DNA of 64,000 nucleotides from Escherichia coli (GTDB lineage Bacteria; Pseudomonadota; Gammaproteobacteria; Enterobacterales; Enterobacteriaceae): NCBI RefSeq assembly GCF_050920415.1, contig NZ_CP169309.1; one strand, 5' to 3'. Shown piece by piece: positions 27,467 to 38,149 of this stretch (position 1 is its first letter; each line of letters starts with the position of its first letter). The notes under the pieces were generated by a model. It saw only the letters and a program-made list of their open reading frames with translations, ran no database searches and was not told where the DNA came from. The position numbers and the translations under genes were made by a program.

Positions 27467-30042
27467 CGTCCACCTCCGGAGAACAGGCCACCATCACGCA
27501 TCTGTGTCTGAATTTCATCACGGGCACCCTTGCGGGCCATGTCATACACTGCCTTCATCATCTGTGGACCTGGCAGACCATTCGTACCGTCGTTCTGAAT
27601 CACCACGTGATTGTTCTGATTAAAATTAATGCCTTCAGCCCGCCGCATCTGCGCCGGACTTCCGGCACCGCCCACATAACCACCTTCCGCATAGCCCCGC
27701 ATCAGGCGGTACAGGTTGCCGACACCAATCCGGCTGGTTGCCTCCTTCGTGAAGACAAATTCACCACGGTGAACAATCCCCGCTGGCTCATATTTGCCGC
27801 CGGTTCCTGTGAATCCTCCGGTTGCAAAATGGAATTTCGCCGCAGCGGCCTGAATGGCTGTACCGCCTGACGCGGATGCGCCACCACCAACAGCCCCGCC
27901 AATGGCGCTGCCGATACTCCCGACAATCCCCACCATTGCCTGCTTAAGCAGAATTTCTGTCATCATGGACAGCACGGAACGGGTGAAGCTGCGCCAGTTC
28001 TGCTCACTGCCGGTCAGCATCGCCGCCATATTCTGTGCAATACCATCAAAGGTCTGCGTGGCTGCACTTTTTACCTGCGACATACTGTCCGTGGCGCTCT
28101 CTTTCCACTCGCTCCAGCCGGACCTGAGGCCTGCCATCCAGCTCCCGCGAAGCTGGTCTTCAGCCGCCCAGGTCTTTTTCTGCTCTGACATGACGTTATT
28201 CAGCGCCAGAGGATTATCGCCATACTGTTCCTTCAGGCGCTGTTCCGTGGCTTCCCGTTCTGCCTGCCGGTCAGTCAGCCCCCGGCTTTTCGCATCAATG
28301 GCGGCCCGTTTTGCCCGTTGCTGCTGTGCGAATTTATCCGCCTGCTGCGCCAGCGCGTTCAGGCGCTCCTGATACGTAACCTTGTCGCCAAGTGCAGCCA
28401 GCTGGCGTTTGTACTCCAGCGTCTCATCTTTATGCGCCAGCAGGGATTTCTCCTGTGCAGACAGCTGGCGACGTTGCGCCGCCTCCTCCAGTACCGCGAA
28501 CTGACTCTCCGCCTTCCACAAATCCCGGCGCTGCTGGCTGATTTTCTCATTTGCTCCGGCATGCTTCTCCAGCGTCCGGAGTTCTGCCTGAAGCGTCAGC
28601 AGGGCAGCATGAGCACTGTCTTCCTGACGATCGCCCGCAGACACCTTCACGCCGGACTGTTTCGGCTTTTTCAGCGTCGCTTCATAATCCTTTTTCGCCG
28701 CCGCCATCAGCGTGTTGTAATCCGCCTGCAGAATTTTCCCGTCTTTCAGGGCCTTATTCAGCTCTTCCTGACGGGCGGTATATTTCTCCAGTGGCGTCAG
28801 CAGGCGCTCATACGCCTTCTGCGCCTCTCCGGTATACTTCAGCTGTGACGCCTCACGCTCAGCCCGGTCCCTTGCCACCAGTTCACCGGCTTTTTCCATA
28901 TCCGACTGCAGCGTGGCTGCCGCCAGCCCCAGACGGGCATTTTCACGGTCATCCCATGCACCCTGAAGGTTGGCACGGAAAGAGGAGGTCTTTCCCCGGC
29001 GCTGACTCCGGCTCTGGTACCACTGCCATTTTTTATCCGCCTCATCAAATGCCTTCTGCGCACTGGCGAGCATATCCGCTGAGGATTCAGGACGACCGAT
29101 ATCCAGGATGGCATCCCACATCGATTTGAATGCCTTCCCTGTTTTATCCGCCCAGGTTTCCAGCGTCCCCATGTTTTCTTTCAGGCGACGGGTCTGCTCA
29201 TCAAAGCCTTTTGTGGCGATATCGTTCGCCGCCTGTAAGGCCCCTGCCTCATCCCCCGAACGCTGCAGCTGCGCAACATACGCAATCTGCTCTGCCGTCA
29301 CGTTACGGAACTGGCGCGCCATAGCCATCAGTCCCGACGTCGGGTCGGTGGTCAGCTTTCCAAAAGCCTCTGCAACCTTGTCCACTTCCACACCGGATGC
29401 AGAAGCAAAACGCGCCACACTCTTGTTGATGGCATCAAACTGTTCACCACCACGCACACCGGCATTCACCAGGGCTGCCAGTGACTCACTCGCCTGGTTA
29501 AACGTCAGCCCTGCTGCCTGTCCGGCTCTGGAGAGCGTCAGCATGCGATCGGCAGTCAGTCCGGACTGATTACCGGAAAGAACCAGGGTTTTATTAAACG
29601 CTGAAAGCGTGGAATCCCCCTGGTACCAGGCATACGCCAGCGCACCTGTCGCCACCGCCAGCGAGGTGACCCCGACCATCGGCAGGGTGATCGCACCGGC
29701 AAGCCCCCTGAACATGGGGATCATCCCGCCGAAGGCGTCCTTCACCTGACCGCCCTGTTGCAGCAGGATCAGCCAGGGATTCTGACCACCGGCAAGCTGC
29801 GTGGCGATATCCGTAAACTGTGCAGGCAGGGTACGCATGGCCGCTTTATACTGCCCGACGGAAATCCCGGCTTTTTGTGCAGCCAGCGCCTGACGGCTCA
29901 GCCCCTGTTCAACAGCACTGGCGGTTTTTCTGGCGTCGGTATCCAGTCCTGAAAAATGACGCCTTACCCGGCTTATCTGCTCATCGAAACGGACCGCATC
30001 CAGACTCAGGTCAATAACAAGATCACCAACCGGCTGGGACAT
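27463..30042 (-). CDS. H: Tail tape measure protein H
   Basis: 859 aa, Ala/Gln-rich coiled coil with C-terminal Gly-rich segment. Confidence 0.9.
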   Translation of the reverse strand: MSQPVGDLVIDLSLDAVRFDEQISRVRRHFSGLDTDARKTASAVEQGLSRQALAAQKAGISVGQYKAAMRTLPAQFTDIATQLAGGQNPWLILLQQGGQVKDAFGGMIPMFRGLAGAITLPMVGVTSLAVATGALAYAWYQGDSTLSAFNKTLVLSGNQSGLTADRMLTLSRAGQAAGLTFNQASESLAALVNAGVRGGEQFDAINKSVARFASASGVEVDKVAEAFGKLTTDPTSGLMAMARQFRNVTAEQIAYVAQLQRSGDEAGALQAANDIATKGFDEQTRRLKENMGTLETWADKTGKAFKSMWDAILDIGRPESSADMLASAQKAFDEADKKWQWYQSRSQRRGKTSSFRANLQGAWDDRENARLGLAAATLQSDMEKAGELVARDRAEREASQLKYTGEAQKAYERLLTPLEKYTARQEELNKALKDGKILQADYNTLMAAAKKDYEATLKKPKQSGVKVSAGDRQEDSAHAALLTLQAELRTLEKHAGANEKISQQRRDLWKAESQFAVLEEAAQRRQLSAQEKSLLAHKDETLEYKRQLAALGDKVTYQERLNALAQQADKFAQQQRAKRAAIDAKSRGLTDRQAEREATEQRLKEQYGDNPLALNNVMSEQKKTWAAEDQLRGSWMAGLRSGWSEWKESATDSMSQVKSAATQTFDGIAQNMAAMLTGSEQNWRSFTRSVLSMMTEILLKQAMVGIVGSIGSAIGGAVGGGASASGGTAIQAAAAKFHFATGGFTGTGGKYEPAGIVHRGEFVFTKEATSRIGVGNLYRLMRGYAEGGYVGGAGSPAQMRRAEGINFNQNNHVVIQNDGTNGLPGPQMMKAVYDMARKGARDEIQTQMRDGGLFSGGGR

Positions 30043-30436
30043 ATCTCACACCTCCAGGAATCCCCGCTGAAGCCATCATTAATGCGACATCATCCTCACT
30101 GACATCCACCACATCCGCAGAAGGTGAAATATCTCCCCCTCCTTCCCCACCAAACCGGATGCCTCCGGCAAGTCCTGCCGCTTTCTGCATCAGCATTTTT
30201 TCCTCATCCGGCATCTCCGTCTGCTCTTCCTCACGCCGGGAGGCAAACAGACTGAAGTCCGAGGGATACATATCCGGATCGCAAAAAAACAGGCTGAGTA
30301 CGGTGTACGTCAGCCCGGAAAAATGCATATCCAGTTGGGTATCGTGAAAATAATGCGTGCGGTAAAAATGTCGCCAGTCGGCATATTCGGTGGATGTCAT
30401 CCCGGCAAGCATGGCGCGCCAGTCAGGCCTCCCCAT
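30023..30436 (-). CDS. T: Tail assembly protein T (C-terminal part of the G-T frameshift product)
   Basis: 137-aa ORF in the -1 frame relative to G, directly downstream of the slippery site. Confidence 0.75.
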   Translation of the reverse strand: MGRPDWRAMLAGMTSTEYADWRHFYRTHYFHDTQLDMHFSGLTYTVLSLFFCDPDMYPSDFSLFASRREEEQTEMPDEEKMLMQKAAGLAGGIRFGGEGGGDISPSADVVDVSEDDVALMMASAGIPGGVRYVPAGW

Positions 30437-30462
30437 CTCACGCGCCAGTCTGAGGGCAAAAT

Positions 30463-30894
30463 TCAGCTCGCCGTCGAAGACTTTCCCGCAGAAAAATCAT
30501 CATCAGTAAGCGCATTATTTTTCGCCACTTCGGTGATATCCGTATCCACATGAACAGGCTCACTCATCCCGGACAGACGCAACACCACGTCTTCCGCCCG
30601 GGCAATGGCATCAGCAGGCCAGGTGGTCAGGACTTCCTGCTCAATCTGCATCACAGCCTCATTCATTGACGGTGACTCCGTTTTCTGCGGATGGTTATGC
30701 CACAGGGACATCGCCACCAGAAACGCCCCGGTTCTGACAAGGTCTTCCACGCTCACCTGCAGGTTGCCGCTGGCTTCAGACTCTTCTGCCCGCCGTTTCA
30801 GGAGGGCAAGATGCTCGATACGCTGCAGCGCAGACAGTTCGGAAAGCGTGACGGACACACCGTTATATTCAAATTGTTCTGTTTTCAGAAACAT
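30463..30894 (-). CDS. G: Tail assembly chaperone G
   Basis: 143 aa ending ...DDDFSAGKSSTAS; carries the slippery heptamer near its 3' end. Confidence 0.8.
   Translation of the reverse strand: MFLKTEQFEYNGVSVTLSELSALQRIEHLALLKRRAEESEASGNLQVSVEDLVRTGAFLVAMSLWHNHPQKTESPSMNEAVMQIEQEVLTTWPADAIARAEDVVLRLSGMSEPVHVDTDITEVAKNNALTDDDFSAGKSSTAS
30481..30487 (-). promoter_or_regulatory. Programmed -1 ribosomal frameshift slippery site (G GGA AAG) for G-T fusion
   Basis: Heptamer GGGAAAG in the G frame 18 nt before the G stop; T ORF open in the -1 frame. Confidence 0.8.
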
Positions 30895-30907
30895 GTATTA
30901 CCTCCGT

Positions 30908-31660
30908 TTACCCTGCAGCGCCCGCTTCAGTAACGGTGACTTCAGCTACCGTGGCAAACTGACCATTACCGGAAATCACGGGGATACTCACTTTTCCAGC
31001 CTTAACCCCCGTCACAGTGATCACCATATCTTTCACAGCAATGGTTCCCGTTGACGGATCGGCGGAAACCGCTCTGAACGTCTTGTCGGTTGCACTTTCC
31101 GGCTCAAAAGAAACAGTCAGGGTGGTTGCTTTCCCTTTTTCCACGGTACCGGATGTCGGCGTCACCTTAATTACAGTGACCGGCGTAATTTCACTGCGTT
31201 CTTCCGCCACGGAGGGTTTGCCCACGTTGGTAACTTTCACTGTTCGGGTGATCACTTCTTTCGCCGTCACGGCCTTACCGATACTGCTGACCCAGCCACG
31301 AAACACATCCACCGTGCCATTCGGAAAACGGATTTTATAGGCCCGGACATCGCCGCTTTCAAACCAACCTATAAGCCCTTTCTGACCTTCCTCTCCCGGT
31401 TTCCAGGCCAGCGTAAAACTGGTATCACCCGCAGATTTCTGTCCCTGCCCGGTCGCGGTCCAGTCCGCGTCTTCATCATCCAGGTAGTTATCATCGTAGG
31501 ATTCTGCCGTCATCTCGCCGGGTGCCAGATCCTTCACCTTAGCCAGTCGCTGCCAGTCATCGTCTGACAACGGGTTTGCATAAGCATCACCCGTGCCGGT
31601 GTAAACCCACAGTGTGGTACCGGCACCTTTTACCGGCGCCAGGGGATTTGGTGTTGCCAT
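30908..31660 (-). CDS. V: Major tail protein V
   Basis: 250 aa, lambda V position and size. Confidence 0.85.
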   Translation of the reverse strand: MATPNPLAPVKGAGTTLWVYTGTGDAYANPLSDDDWQRLAKVKDLAPGEMTAESYDDNYLDDEDADWTATGQGQKSAGDTSFTLAWKPGEEGQKGLIGWFESGDVRAYKIRFPNGTVDVFRGWVSSIGKAVTAKEVITRTVKVTNVGKPSVAEERSEITPVTVIKVTPTSGTVEKGKATTLTVSFEPESATDKTFRAVSADPSTGTIAVKDMVITVTGVKAGKVSIPVISGNGQFATVAEVTVTEAGAAG

Positions 31661-31667
31661 ATCGTCC

Positions 31668-32063
31668 TCACATCTCGTATGTAATGGAATAAGTCAGATC
31701 TGCAGAACTCCACAATGCCATATCGTCATCACGACGATAGTCATAGCCCTGCGTAACCATCGTGGTAATCATGCCTGCCAGTGCAGGGATCGCCGCCATC
31801 GCCGGGTAAATCCGGCTTTCCATCCACTGATCAAGCTCTGAATCCGGTACCTGTGCCGGTAAAAACACCTCAATATGCAGTGTGGCCCGCCAGGTATCTG
31901 CATCCAGCTCTTCACCGGTATACTCTGCATCCGTCAGATAAACCGCGACCGCGGGAAAATCCTCTTCGTCAAAAACAACGGGGCGACCATCAAACAGCGT
32001 CGCCCCGTGTTCATGCTGCTCCAGTGCATCCAGCACTGCAGCACGGATATCAGTATGTTTCAT
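31668..32063 (-). CDS. U: Tail terminator protein U
   Basis: 131 aa, lambda U size and position. Confidence 0.8.
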   Translation of the reverse strand: MKHTDIRAAVLDALEQHEHGATLFDGRPVVFDEEDFPAVAVYLTDAEYTGEELDADTWRATLHIEVFLPAQVPDSELDQWMESRIYPAMAAIPALAGMITTMVTQGYDYRRDDDMALWSSADLTYSITYEM

Positions 32064-32593
32064 CGTTTTATCGCAATCCTCAGTTGTTGTTTCAGCGCAT
32101 ATGCCAGTTCTCCGGGCAGGCGTTCACGCCGGATACGGTCAACGTTCTCATCAAACGCCTGTTTCAGTGGGGCCGCCATCGGGATTTTCACCACATCAAT
32201 GGGGTAACGGTTTTTCCCGGCCACACGCTGCATGACATGCCAGCGACCATTTTTTAATCGCTGAATAAATGCCCGCTGATAACGATGCTGACCGGCTTTG
32301 AGTATGCTGTTCGGACGACGGCCCAGCATCCTGATCCCCAGCTTAATCACCGGGAGATCACCGCGGTTAACGATAATTTTGGCATTCGGATTTCTGACCG
32401 TGGCCCGTTTCAGTCTGGACCGTTCCTTTACCCGTTTCCGGCTCACCCTGGTCTCCCGGGCAACCTGTGACGAAGACTGATTAATCGCCGTTGTGGCCAC
32501 GCGGTTAATGGCCATTGCTGAAGCCGCCGGAATGGCGTTTTTACGAACCCGGCTCAGATTTTCAATCGCCTGATCAAGCCCTTTTATCGCCAT
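32060..32593 (-). CDS. Z: Tail completion protein Z
   Basis: 177 aa, basic, position between FII and U. Confidence 0.7.
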   Translation of the reverse strand: MAIKGLDQAIENLSRVRKNAIPAASAMAINRVATTAINQSSSQVARETRVSRKRVKERSRLKRATVRNPNAKIIVNRGDLPVIKLGIRMLGRRPNSILKAGQHRYQRAFIQRLKNGRWHVMQRVAGKNRYPIDVVKIPMAAPLKQAFDENVDRIRRERLPGELAYALKQQLRIAIKR

Positions 32594-32607
32594 AATTCAC
32601 CCTGCGT

Positions 32608-32961
32608 TTATCGTCGCCGGTTAACTGCCGGTGGTTGCCCACGGTTGAGCCAGAGATAACAACTGCCCCCGTCATCCGGAGAAACACGATCCACCCAGAA
32701 TGTCTCACCATTAATGGTCAGCGTGTCACCACGCCGCACAGCACGAACCGTATCCGTCCGCACAAATAATGACGGGCAGCTTCCTTCAATACGGACCCCG
32801 CTACCGGCAAACCCCAGCGACTCCGGATCGTCAAAAACCCCCTGAACTTCGCTGCCACACTGTGCCCCCGAGGTGAACTGCGCACAGAGCCCCATCACTT
32901 CAACAATCGTGCTGTCCACCCCGGCAAGGGCAGCATCAAAGGCATTCTGAAAATCACGCAT
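32608..32961 (-). CDS. Head-tail connector protein FII
   Basis: 117 aa, lambda FII size and position. Confidence 0.7.
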   Translation of the reverse strand: MRDFQNAFDAALAGVDSTIVEVMGLCAQFTSGAQCGSEVQGVFDDPESLGFAGSGVRIEGSCPSLFVRTDTVRAVRRGDTLTINGETFWVDRVSPDDGGSCYLWLNRGQPPAVNRRR

Positions 32962-33385
32962 GCTCAGCCGTTCCGTGCTGTATCATGGCTGTCGCCAGTG
33001 GTGATGGCACCAGAACACGCATGCCCCGGTACGTCAGTTCAACGGGACGGCCTGTCTCCGGGCAATACCCCATCACATGCAGGCATTTCCGCACACGAAC
33101 CGCTTTAACATCATCCGTAGCATCAGTGTTGTGCAACTGCTCACCATCGTCTGTGTGATTTTGCTCAGGCCCGCTCTCATCACCAGGCATAATGCCCTCC
33201 CGGGAAGCAGCAAGCTCCTCTTCCCACTCAGACACACGTTGCGCAATATCCGCAGCACTCCCCGATATATCCGCCTCGCGCCCCAGCAGGCCAGCCAGTT
33301 GACGAAGACGATTCAGATTTTCTTCTTTTGTTGCCATATCAGCCCCCTGTGAAAAAAGACACGGGGGCATTTCGCCCCCGCTCAC
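32954..33385 (-). CDS. DNA packaging protein FI
   Basis: 143 aa acidic protein between E and FII. Confidence 0.65.
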   Translation of the reverse strand: MSGGEMPPCLFSQGADMATKEENLNRLRQLAGLLGREADISGSAADIAQRVSEWEEELAASREGIMPGDESGPEQNHTDDGEQLHNTDATDDVKAVRVRKCLHVMGYCPETGRPVELTYRGMRVLVPSPLATAMIQHGTAEHA

Positions 33386-33388
33386 GGA

Positions 33389-34417
33389 TTATTTCACCTG
33401 CACCACCACAAACTCATCCGGATCCGGCAGCACCATCAGCGGTGCGGACTGCGTCATGGTAAATTCACGGGCCGGATCGCCCACGGTCAGCCAGTGTTTC
33501 GGATAACGGGAAGAGGCCACCACACCTTCGGACAACGCCTGTGCATCCTGAATGGCACCATAGCAACGAATGCCCTCTGCTGCCGTATTCCCCAGGACCA
33601 GTGTACCCTCCGGCAGATAACGTTTTTCGGTACCGTCTTCTGCCACATAAGACGTTTTTGCCACCACAATGGCCAGATCACCGTAATACCCTTTGAAAGA
33701 CACCACAGCCCCCAGGTCTTTCACTGCCGTTTCGAGTTGTGAATTTGAGCCGCGACGGGTATCCAGTTTTTCGCGGAAAAGCTTAAAGCCATTCAGCAGA
33801 CGCCAGACAGTACCGTCCATAATGGCAATATTCACAAGACCGCTGGCCTGATCGCAGTAAAGGTCAATATCATGCGTCGGATCAAACGTATCACGGTCCT
33901 GCTCAGACCATTTTTTACCGTCGGCCTGCTCAATGTTATTTCCTTCAGAGCGTCCAAAATCAACCTCAATTTTCTCGAACTGGTCTCCTTCCATGGTGTA
34001 TTTGCCATACAGCACGGCATTCACCGCCTGCATTTCTTCCACCTGGACAATGGCGTGCTCTTCCTGTTTGAGGTTATCTGTGATGATACGCAGACGACGG
34101 TAGGCCGGGTCGTTCAGCTGAGCCGGATCTTCACCGGGAAGACGCTCAACCGCCTGCTGGTAATTAAATTCGTGTTTCGGCTTGACGTAGCCCGGACGTA
34201 ACACGCGGGTTTCACCACCACGATGACGCAGCACTTTTCCTTCAACAACCGGGGAAACATAGGCCGCCACCGGCGTTTTTCCGGTAATTTTGTCCAGCAT
34301 CACCTCTTCGGTATGGAAATTCACCGTACGGCGGAAAAACAGCTCCAGAAACAGCGCACGATATTTCACTTTTTGTTCGGTATAACCGAGCAACTGGCGG
34401 GTCGTAAACAATCCCAT
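33389..34417 (-). CDS. E: Major capsid protein E
   Basis: 342 aa, lambda E size and position. Confidence 0.9.
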   Translation of the reverse strand: MGLFTTRQLLGYTEQKVKYRALFLELFFRRTVNFHTEEVMLDKITGKTPVAAYVSPVVEGKVLRHRGGETRVLRPGYVKPKHEFNYQQAVERLPGEDPAQLNDPAYRRLRIITDNLKQEEHAIVQVEEMQAVNAVLYGKYTMEGDQFEKIEVDFGRSEGNNIEQADGKKWSEQDRDTFDPTHDIDLYCDQASGLVNIAIMDGTVWRLLNGFKLFREKLDTRRGSNSQLETAVKDLGAVVSFKGYYGDLAIVVAKTSYVAEDGTEKRYLPEGTLVLGNTAAEGIRCYGAIQDAQALSEGVVASSRYPKHWLTVGDPAREFTMTQSAPLMVLPDPDEFVVVQVK

Positions 34418-34474
34418 AAATCAGTTCCTTTCATTCAGAAATCAGTCAGGTCACCGCGGTGGCCTGATAACGTG

Positions 34475-34822
34475 TTACGGCAGCGCCGCGTGACTCAGGG
34501 CACTGCCGGCAAAGGCATTTGCCTTTTTGTGTTCATCCACACTTTCAGGCCAGCGGATTGCCTCCGTCGCAAAGGTCCCCGACTTGTAATACGTCAGCAC
34601 CGTCTCTGTGCCTTCAAGCGGCAGTACCAGTATGCCAGCCGCACTACCGGCTTTCTGTCCGTCCCAGACCACCAGTTTCCCGGTAGACTCATCCAGCATC
34701 AGGGGCGTCAGTGCCGGTGTTGCCTGAGAAATCCCGCTGCTGCCTGTGGCGGTGTGAGCCGGATCATTACCGGCAAAAATACGTACTTCCGCACGCTGTT
34801 CAGTGATGGTTTTCGTTACCAT
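34475..34822 (-). CDS. D: Head decoration protein D
   Basis: 115 aa, position upstream of E. Confidence 0.8.
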   Translation of the reverse strand: MVTKTITEQRAEVRIFAGNDPAHTATGSSGISQATPALTPLMLDESTGKLVVWDGQKAGSAAGILVLPLEGTETVLTYYKSGTFATEAIRWPESVDEHKKANAFAGSALSHAALP

Positions 34823-34858
34823 ATTGTAAAAACCTCCTGTTGATGGTCAGCACTGACT

Positions 34859-36364
34859 TCATGGCATGGCCATGAGCAATTTCACGTCCGCATCACCGTC
34901 TGCCGACGTCTGTGACACGCCACCCTGCACGGCTGCCGGTGAATGGTTCGCCATGATGCGTTCAAACATGGCGGTTGTGGATGCAGAAACCGGTTCTGCT
35001 TTATCCGGCGATGAGGACAGAATGTCGCGGGCAGCCTCCACCGTCATTCCGGGAAACGCCGCCAGTTTTTCAGCCTGCGCCTCAGCCCCTTTTGCCTCAT
35101 CCAGAGCCATAATCTGATCACGGAGTGAGGGTCCGGCATCCGCCTGCGGTGAAGCCGCCAGGATCGGGCGGGCTTTTTCCACCGTCATATCCGGCATCGC
35201 CGCCAGCGTTGCCGCCAGTTGTTCACGACCTTTAGCTTCTTCACACGCCATAATGCGATCGGCTTCACTCTGCGCGGATGCCACCGGCTGCTGCGGTGCT
35301 GCCGCGGCCAGAATCGCCCGGGCCTGTTCAACGCTCATGCCCTGTTGTCCTGCCAGCATCGTGGCAAGCTGTTCACGTCCTTTCGCTTCCTGACACGTCA
35401 GGATCCCCATCACTCGCTGGTTCTCCTGCGCGGCGGCTTCCGTTGCAGTTAATTGCGGCATAGTGCCTCCTGTATCATGTGTGTTCAGCGCCGCAGCCAT
35501 CACGCTGATGGCATCCGACGCATTGATTAATTCATCCGCCAGCCCGGCCTCAATACCGGACTGACCTTCAAAAACGGCAGCCTCTGTCCCCGTGACCGCA
35601 TCCACAGACAGCCCGGTATACATCGCCACTTTTTCGGCAAACATCCGGTGCGCCGCATCAATGCGCTGCTGCATGTCCTGACGCACCTCTGCCGGTAAGG
35701 CTTCAAACTGATTGCCATCCACCTTGTGCGCCCCGGCATAAATCAGCGTGATATCCACTCCGGCCTGCGCCAGATGACCGGCATAGCTGACATGGCCCAT
35801 CATCACGCCAATGGAGCCGATACGGGATGTCTGGGTAACCAGCCGTCGGGAGCAGGCCGACGCCAGCAGCATGGCCGCAGAACAGGCCGTATCATTACAC
35901 AGTGCCCAGACCGGCTTCTGCTGCCGGAGGCGGTAAATCATGTCAGCGCAGTCAAACGCACCGGCGGCCTGCCCGCCCGGACTGTCAATATCCAGCAGTA
36001 CGCCCCGGACAGAGGTGTCCGCCATTGCCTGCTGAAGACAGGCAACAATGCCGTCATAGCCTGTCATTCCAGAAAATGGCCGCATACCACCCAGCCGGTG
36101 CACCAGCGTGCCGGTCACCGGCAGTACCGCAATACCGCTCACCACCCGGTAAACACGGGCCGGTCGTTTACCTCCGGCCATGTACTCGTCCGTTTCAGCC
36201 AGCATCCCGGGAGCATCAAGCTGTACCTGCTGTTGTGGTAACGAAAGACTTGCTGCCCCCATCTCGCGCCCGAGCGCGCAAAAGAAAACCCGCGCATAGG
36301 CGGGCTCCAGAAGCAGCGGTTCATTGAATGCTGCGGCAATAATGTGTGAAAGATTACGTCTCAC
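34859..36364 (-). CDS. C: Prohead protease C (S49/ClpP-like) with repeated scaffold-like C-terminal segment
   Basis: 501 aa; N-terminal S49 peptidase region; C-terminal tandem repeats (...EAKGREQLA...AR.ILAA...). Confidence 0.85.
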   Translation of the reverse strand: MRRNLSHIIAAAFNEPLLLEPAYARVFFCALGREMGAASLSLPQQQVQLDAPGMLAETDEYMAGGKRPARVYRVVSGIAVLPVTGTLVHRLGGMRPFSGMTGYDGIVACLQQAMADTSVRGVLLDIDSPGGQAAGAFDCADMIYRLRQQKPVWALCNDTACSAAMLLASACSRRLVTQTSRIGSIGVMMGHVSYAGHLAQAGVDITLIYAGAHKVDGNQFEALPAEVRQDMQQRIDAAHRMFAEKVAMYTGLSVDAVTGTEAAVFEGQSGIEAGLADELINASDAISVMAAALNTHDTGGTMPQLTATEAAAQENQRVMGILTCQEAKGREQLATMLAGQQGMSVEQARAILAAAAPQQPVASAQSEADRIMACEEAKGREQLAATLAAMPDMTVEKARPILAASPQADAGPSLRDQIMALDEAKGAEAQAEKLAAFPGMTVEAARDILSSSPDKAEPVSASTTAMFERIMANHSPAAVQGGVSQTSADGDADVKLLMAMP

Positions 36365-37946
36365 GTGGTGTTGTCTCCTCTTCCGGCCTGCGACTCTCCG
36401 CTATCTGCTGCTGATACGCCTGCGCTATCCACACCGGACGTGAGAGTCCGGCTTTTTGCCGCTCTGCAGATTCCCTGACCTGCTGGCGGAAAATGTCCTG
36501 ATAATCCTCGCCCATCAGCGCCAGCTCTTTCTCATACGTGCTCAGTCCGGCCTCAATGCGCATCACCGATTCCTGGACTTCCTTGAGCCCGTCAATGGCC
36601 ATTCTTCCGGCACCAATCCACTCTGCCCGTGACCAGGCTGATCGCGCCTGATAAAAATCAAAACGTGCCCGTGGCGGACGAATAATCCCCCGAAGAAGTG
36701 CCTCTTCCAGCCAGCAGGAAAACATCTGCGTGGCCAGCCGGGCCGCAATAAATTTTCGCCGCCCCATAAAATAGCGCCACGACTCATTGGCGGAGGCGCG
36801 GGCACTTGAGTAACTGACCTTCGAGTAATCACGGGACAACTGTTCGTAGGAAACGCCAAGACCGGCGGCGATATACCGCAGAAGCGCCTGTTCAAGCGCA
36901 GAAAATCCATTGTCTGAATCCTGCGCAGTCTGTAGTTTCAGATCATCACCAGGGAAAAGGTGCGGAATTTTGACACCGCCCAGTGTCACGTGATTCGTGT
37001 CATACCAGCTGGAGAACTTCTCCAGAATATTAATAAGCGGATTATCCTTCTGCTCCTGTGGCGCGCCGGCGATATATTCAAAGGCCTTTTCGGTATCAAG
37101 TTCACTTTCAATCGTCGCTGCATACATCGCCTTCACTATGGCCGACTGAAGCTGTGTTGCCTGCAGGGAATCGAGCATCTTCAGCCGTTCCATGACGCTG
37201 TAAAACTGATTAGCCCCACGGGTCTGCCCGTCCTCCACCGGCTCGAAAATATGCAGCATGGCCGGACGCCCGGTGGGAAGTTCACGCGGGATCCGTTCCC
37301 ATCGTCCACTACCAGAGAACGGAAAATCATCCTCACAGATATGGTACGCGACGGCACGGCCATATCGATCGACCTCCACACCAGCCCGCAGAAAACGGTT
37401 CCCCATACCGTGTCCAGGCGTGTCCACCCGTTTCGGACTCACGGCTTTAAAACGCGTACGGAATAACTGCGTGGTTTCCGTATCCCAGACCGGCTGCACA
37501 AAGATTTCGCCGTTAAACGCATGAACGCCCACACCTTCACGGATAAATTCCGTGAACGTGCGTTTTCCTTCCACGTCGATCTCGCCAGACATCCCTTCGG
37601 CGTATTCCGACCAGGCCGCCTCCACCTCATCGACAAAGCTTTTTGCTGCGGTCTCCCGCATCCCCAGCCAGCGCCAGTTCGGACGGTAGCTGATCAGAAA
37701 CATATGCCCGACAATGTGATCCTTATGCAGGGCCACCGCATTAGCCGCTATTCCGTTATTGCGCACCAGATCATCTGCCCGGGCATTCCCCAGACGCAAC
37801 GCGGGCAGCAGGGCCGCATCGGCACTCTGCGCCGGTGGCAACCACTCCGCCATTTGCCCGCCAAATCCTGCGCCGCCCCCGTGGTAGCTGAGGCTCTCCC
37901 GAAGCGGAACGCCGTTCACATCAATCAGGACAGGCGTTCGTTTCAT
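36354..37946 (-). CDS. B: Portal protein B
   Basis: 530 aa, lambda B size and position. Confidence 0.9.
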   Translation of the reverse strand: MKRTPVLIDVNGVPLRESLSYHGGGAGFGGQMAEWLPPAQSADAALLPALRLGNARADDLVRNNGIAANAVALHKDHIVGHMFLISYRPNWRWLGMRETAAKSFVDEVEAAWSEYAEGMSGEIDVEGKRTFTEFIREGVGVHAFNGEIFVQPVWDTETTQLFRTRFKAVSPKRVDTPGHGMGNRFLRAGVEVDRYGRAVAYHICEDDFPFSGSGRWERIPRELPTGRPAMLHIFEPVEDGQTRGANQFYSVMERLKMLDSLQATQLQSAIVKAMYAATIESELDTEKAFEYIAGAPQEQKDNPLINILEKFSSWYDTNHVTLGGVKIPHLFPGDDLKLQTAQDSDNGFSALEQALLRYIAAGLGVSYEQLSRDYSKVSYSSARASANESWRYFMGRRKFIAARLATQMFSCWLEEALLRGIIRPPRARFDFYQARSAWSRAEWIGAGRMAIDGLKEVQESVMRIEAGLSTYEKELALMGEDYQDIFRQQVRESAERQKAGLSRPVWIAQAYQQQIAESRRPEEETTPRET

Positions 37947-38149
37947 AACCTCACTCCCAGCGGACGACGGCGACGGCGGGTTGTCCCCAGTACCGACTCC
38001 GCATCATTGATCGCACGGTTAAGCTCATCCAGAGAAGCCGCCGTATATTCAATTCTGCGACCATCTTTCTGGACAGACACCACCCGTTTACCGGTTAATA
38101 AATCAAGGCGCGCCTGACGCAGCGCCTGCAGTTCAGCGACTGTAACCAT
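37943..38149 (-). CDS. W: Head-tail joining protein W
   Basis: 68 aa, lambda W size and position. Confidence 0.8.
   Translation of the reverse strand: MVTVAELQALRQARLDLLTGKRVVSVQKDGRRIEYTAASLDELNRAINDAESVLGTTRRRRRPLGVRL

Noticed and set aside
28318-29569. Several 150-190 aa plus-strand ORFs
   Set aside because: All lie inside the tape measure gene H on the opposite strand; repetitive, Arg/Pro-rich products with no motif.
35726-36327. Two overlapping plus-strand ORFs (171 and 141 aa)
   Set aside because: Antisense to the prohead protease/portal region; no start context or motif.
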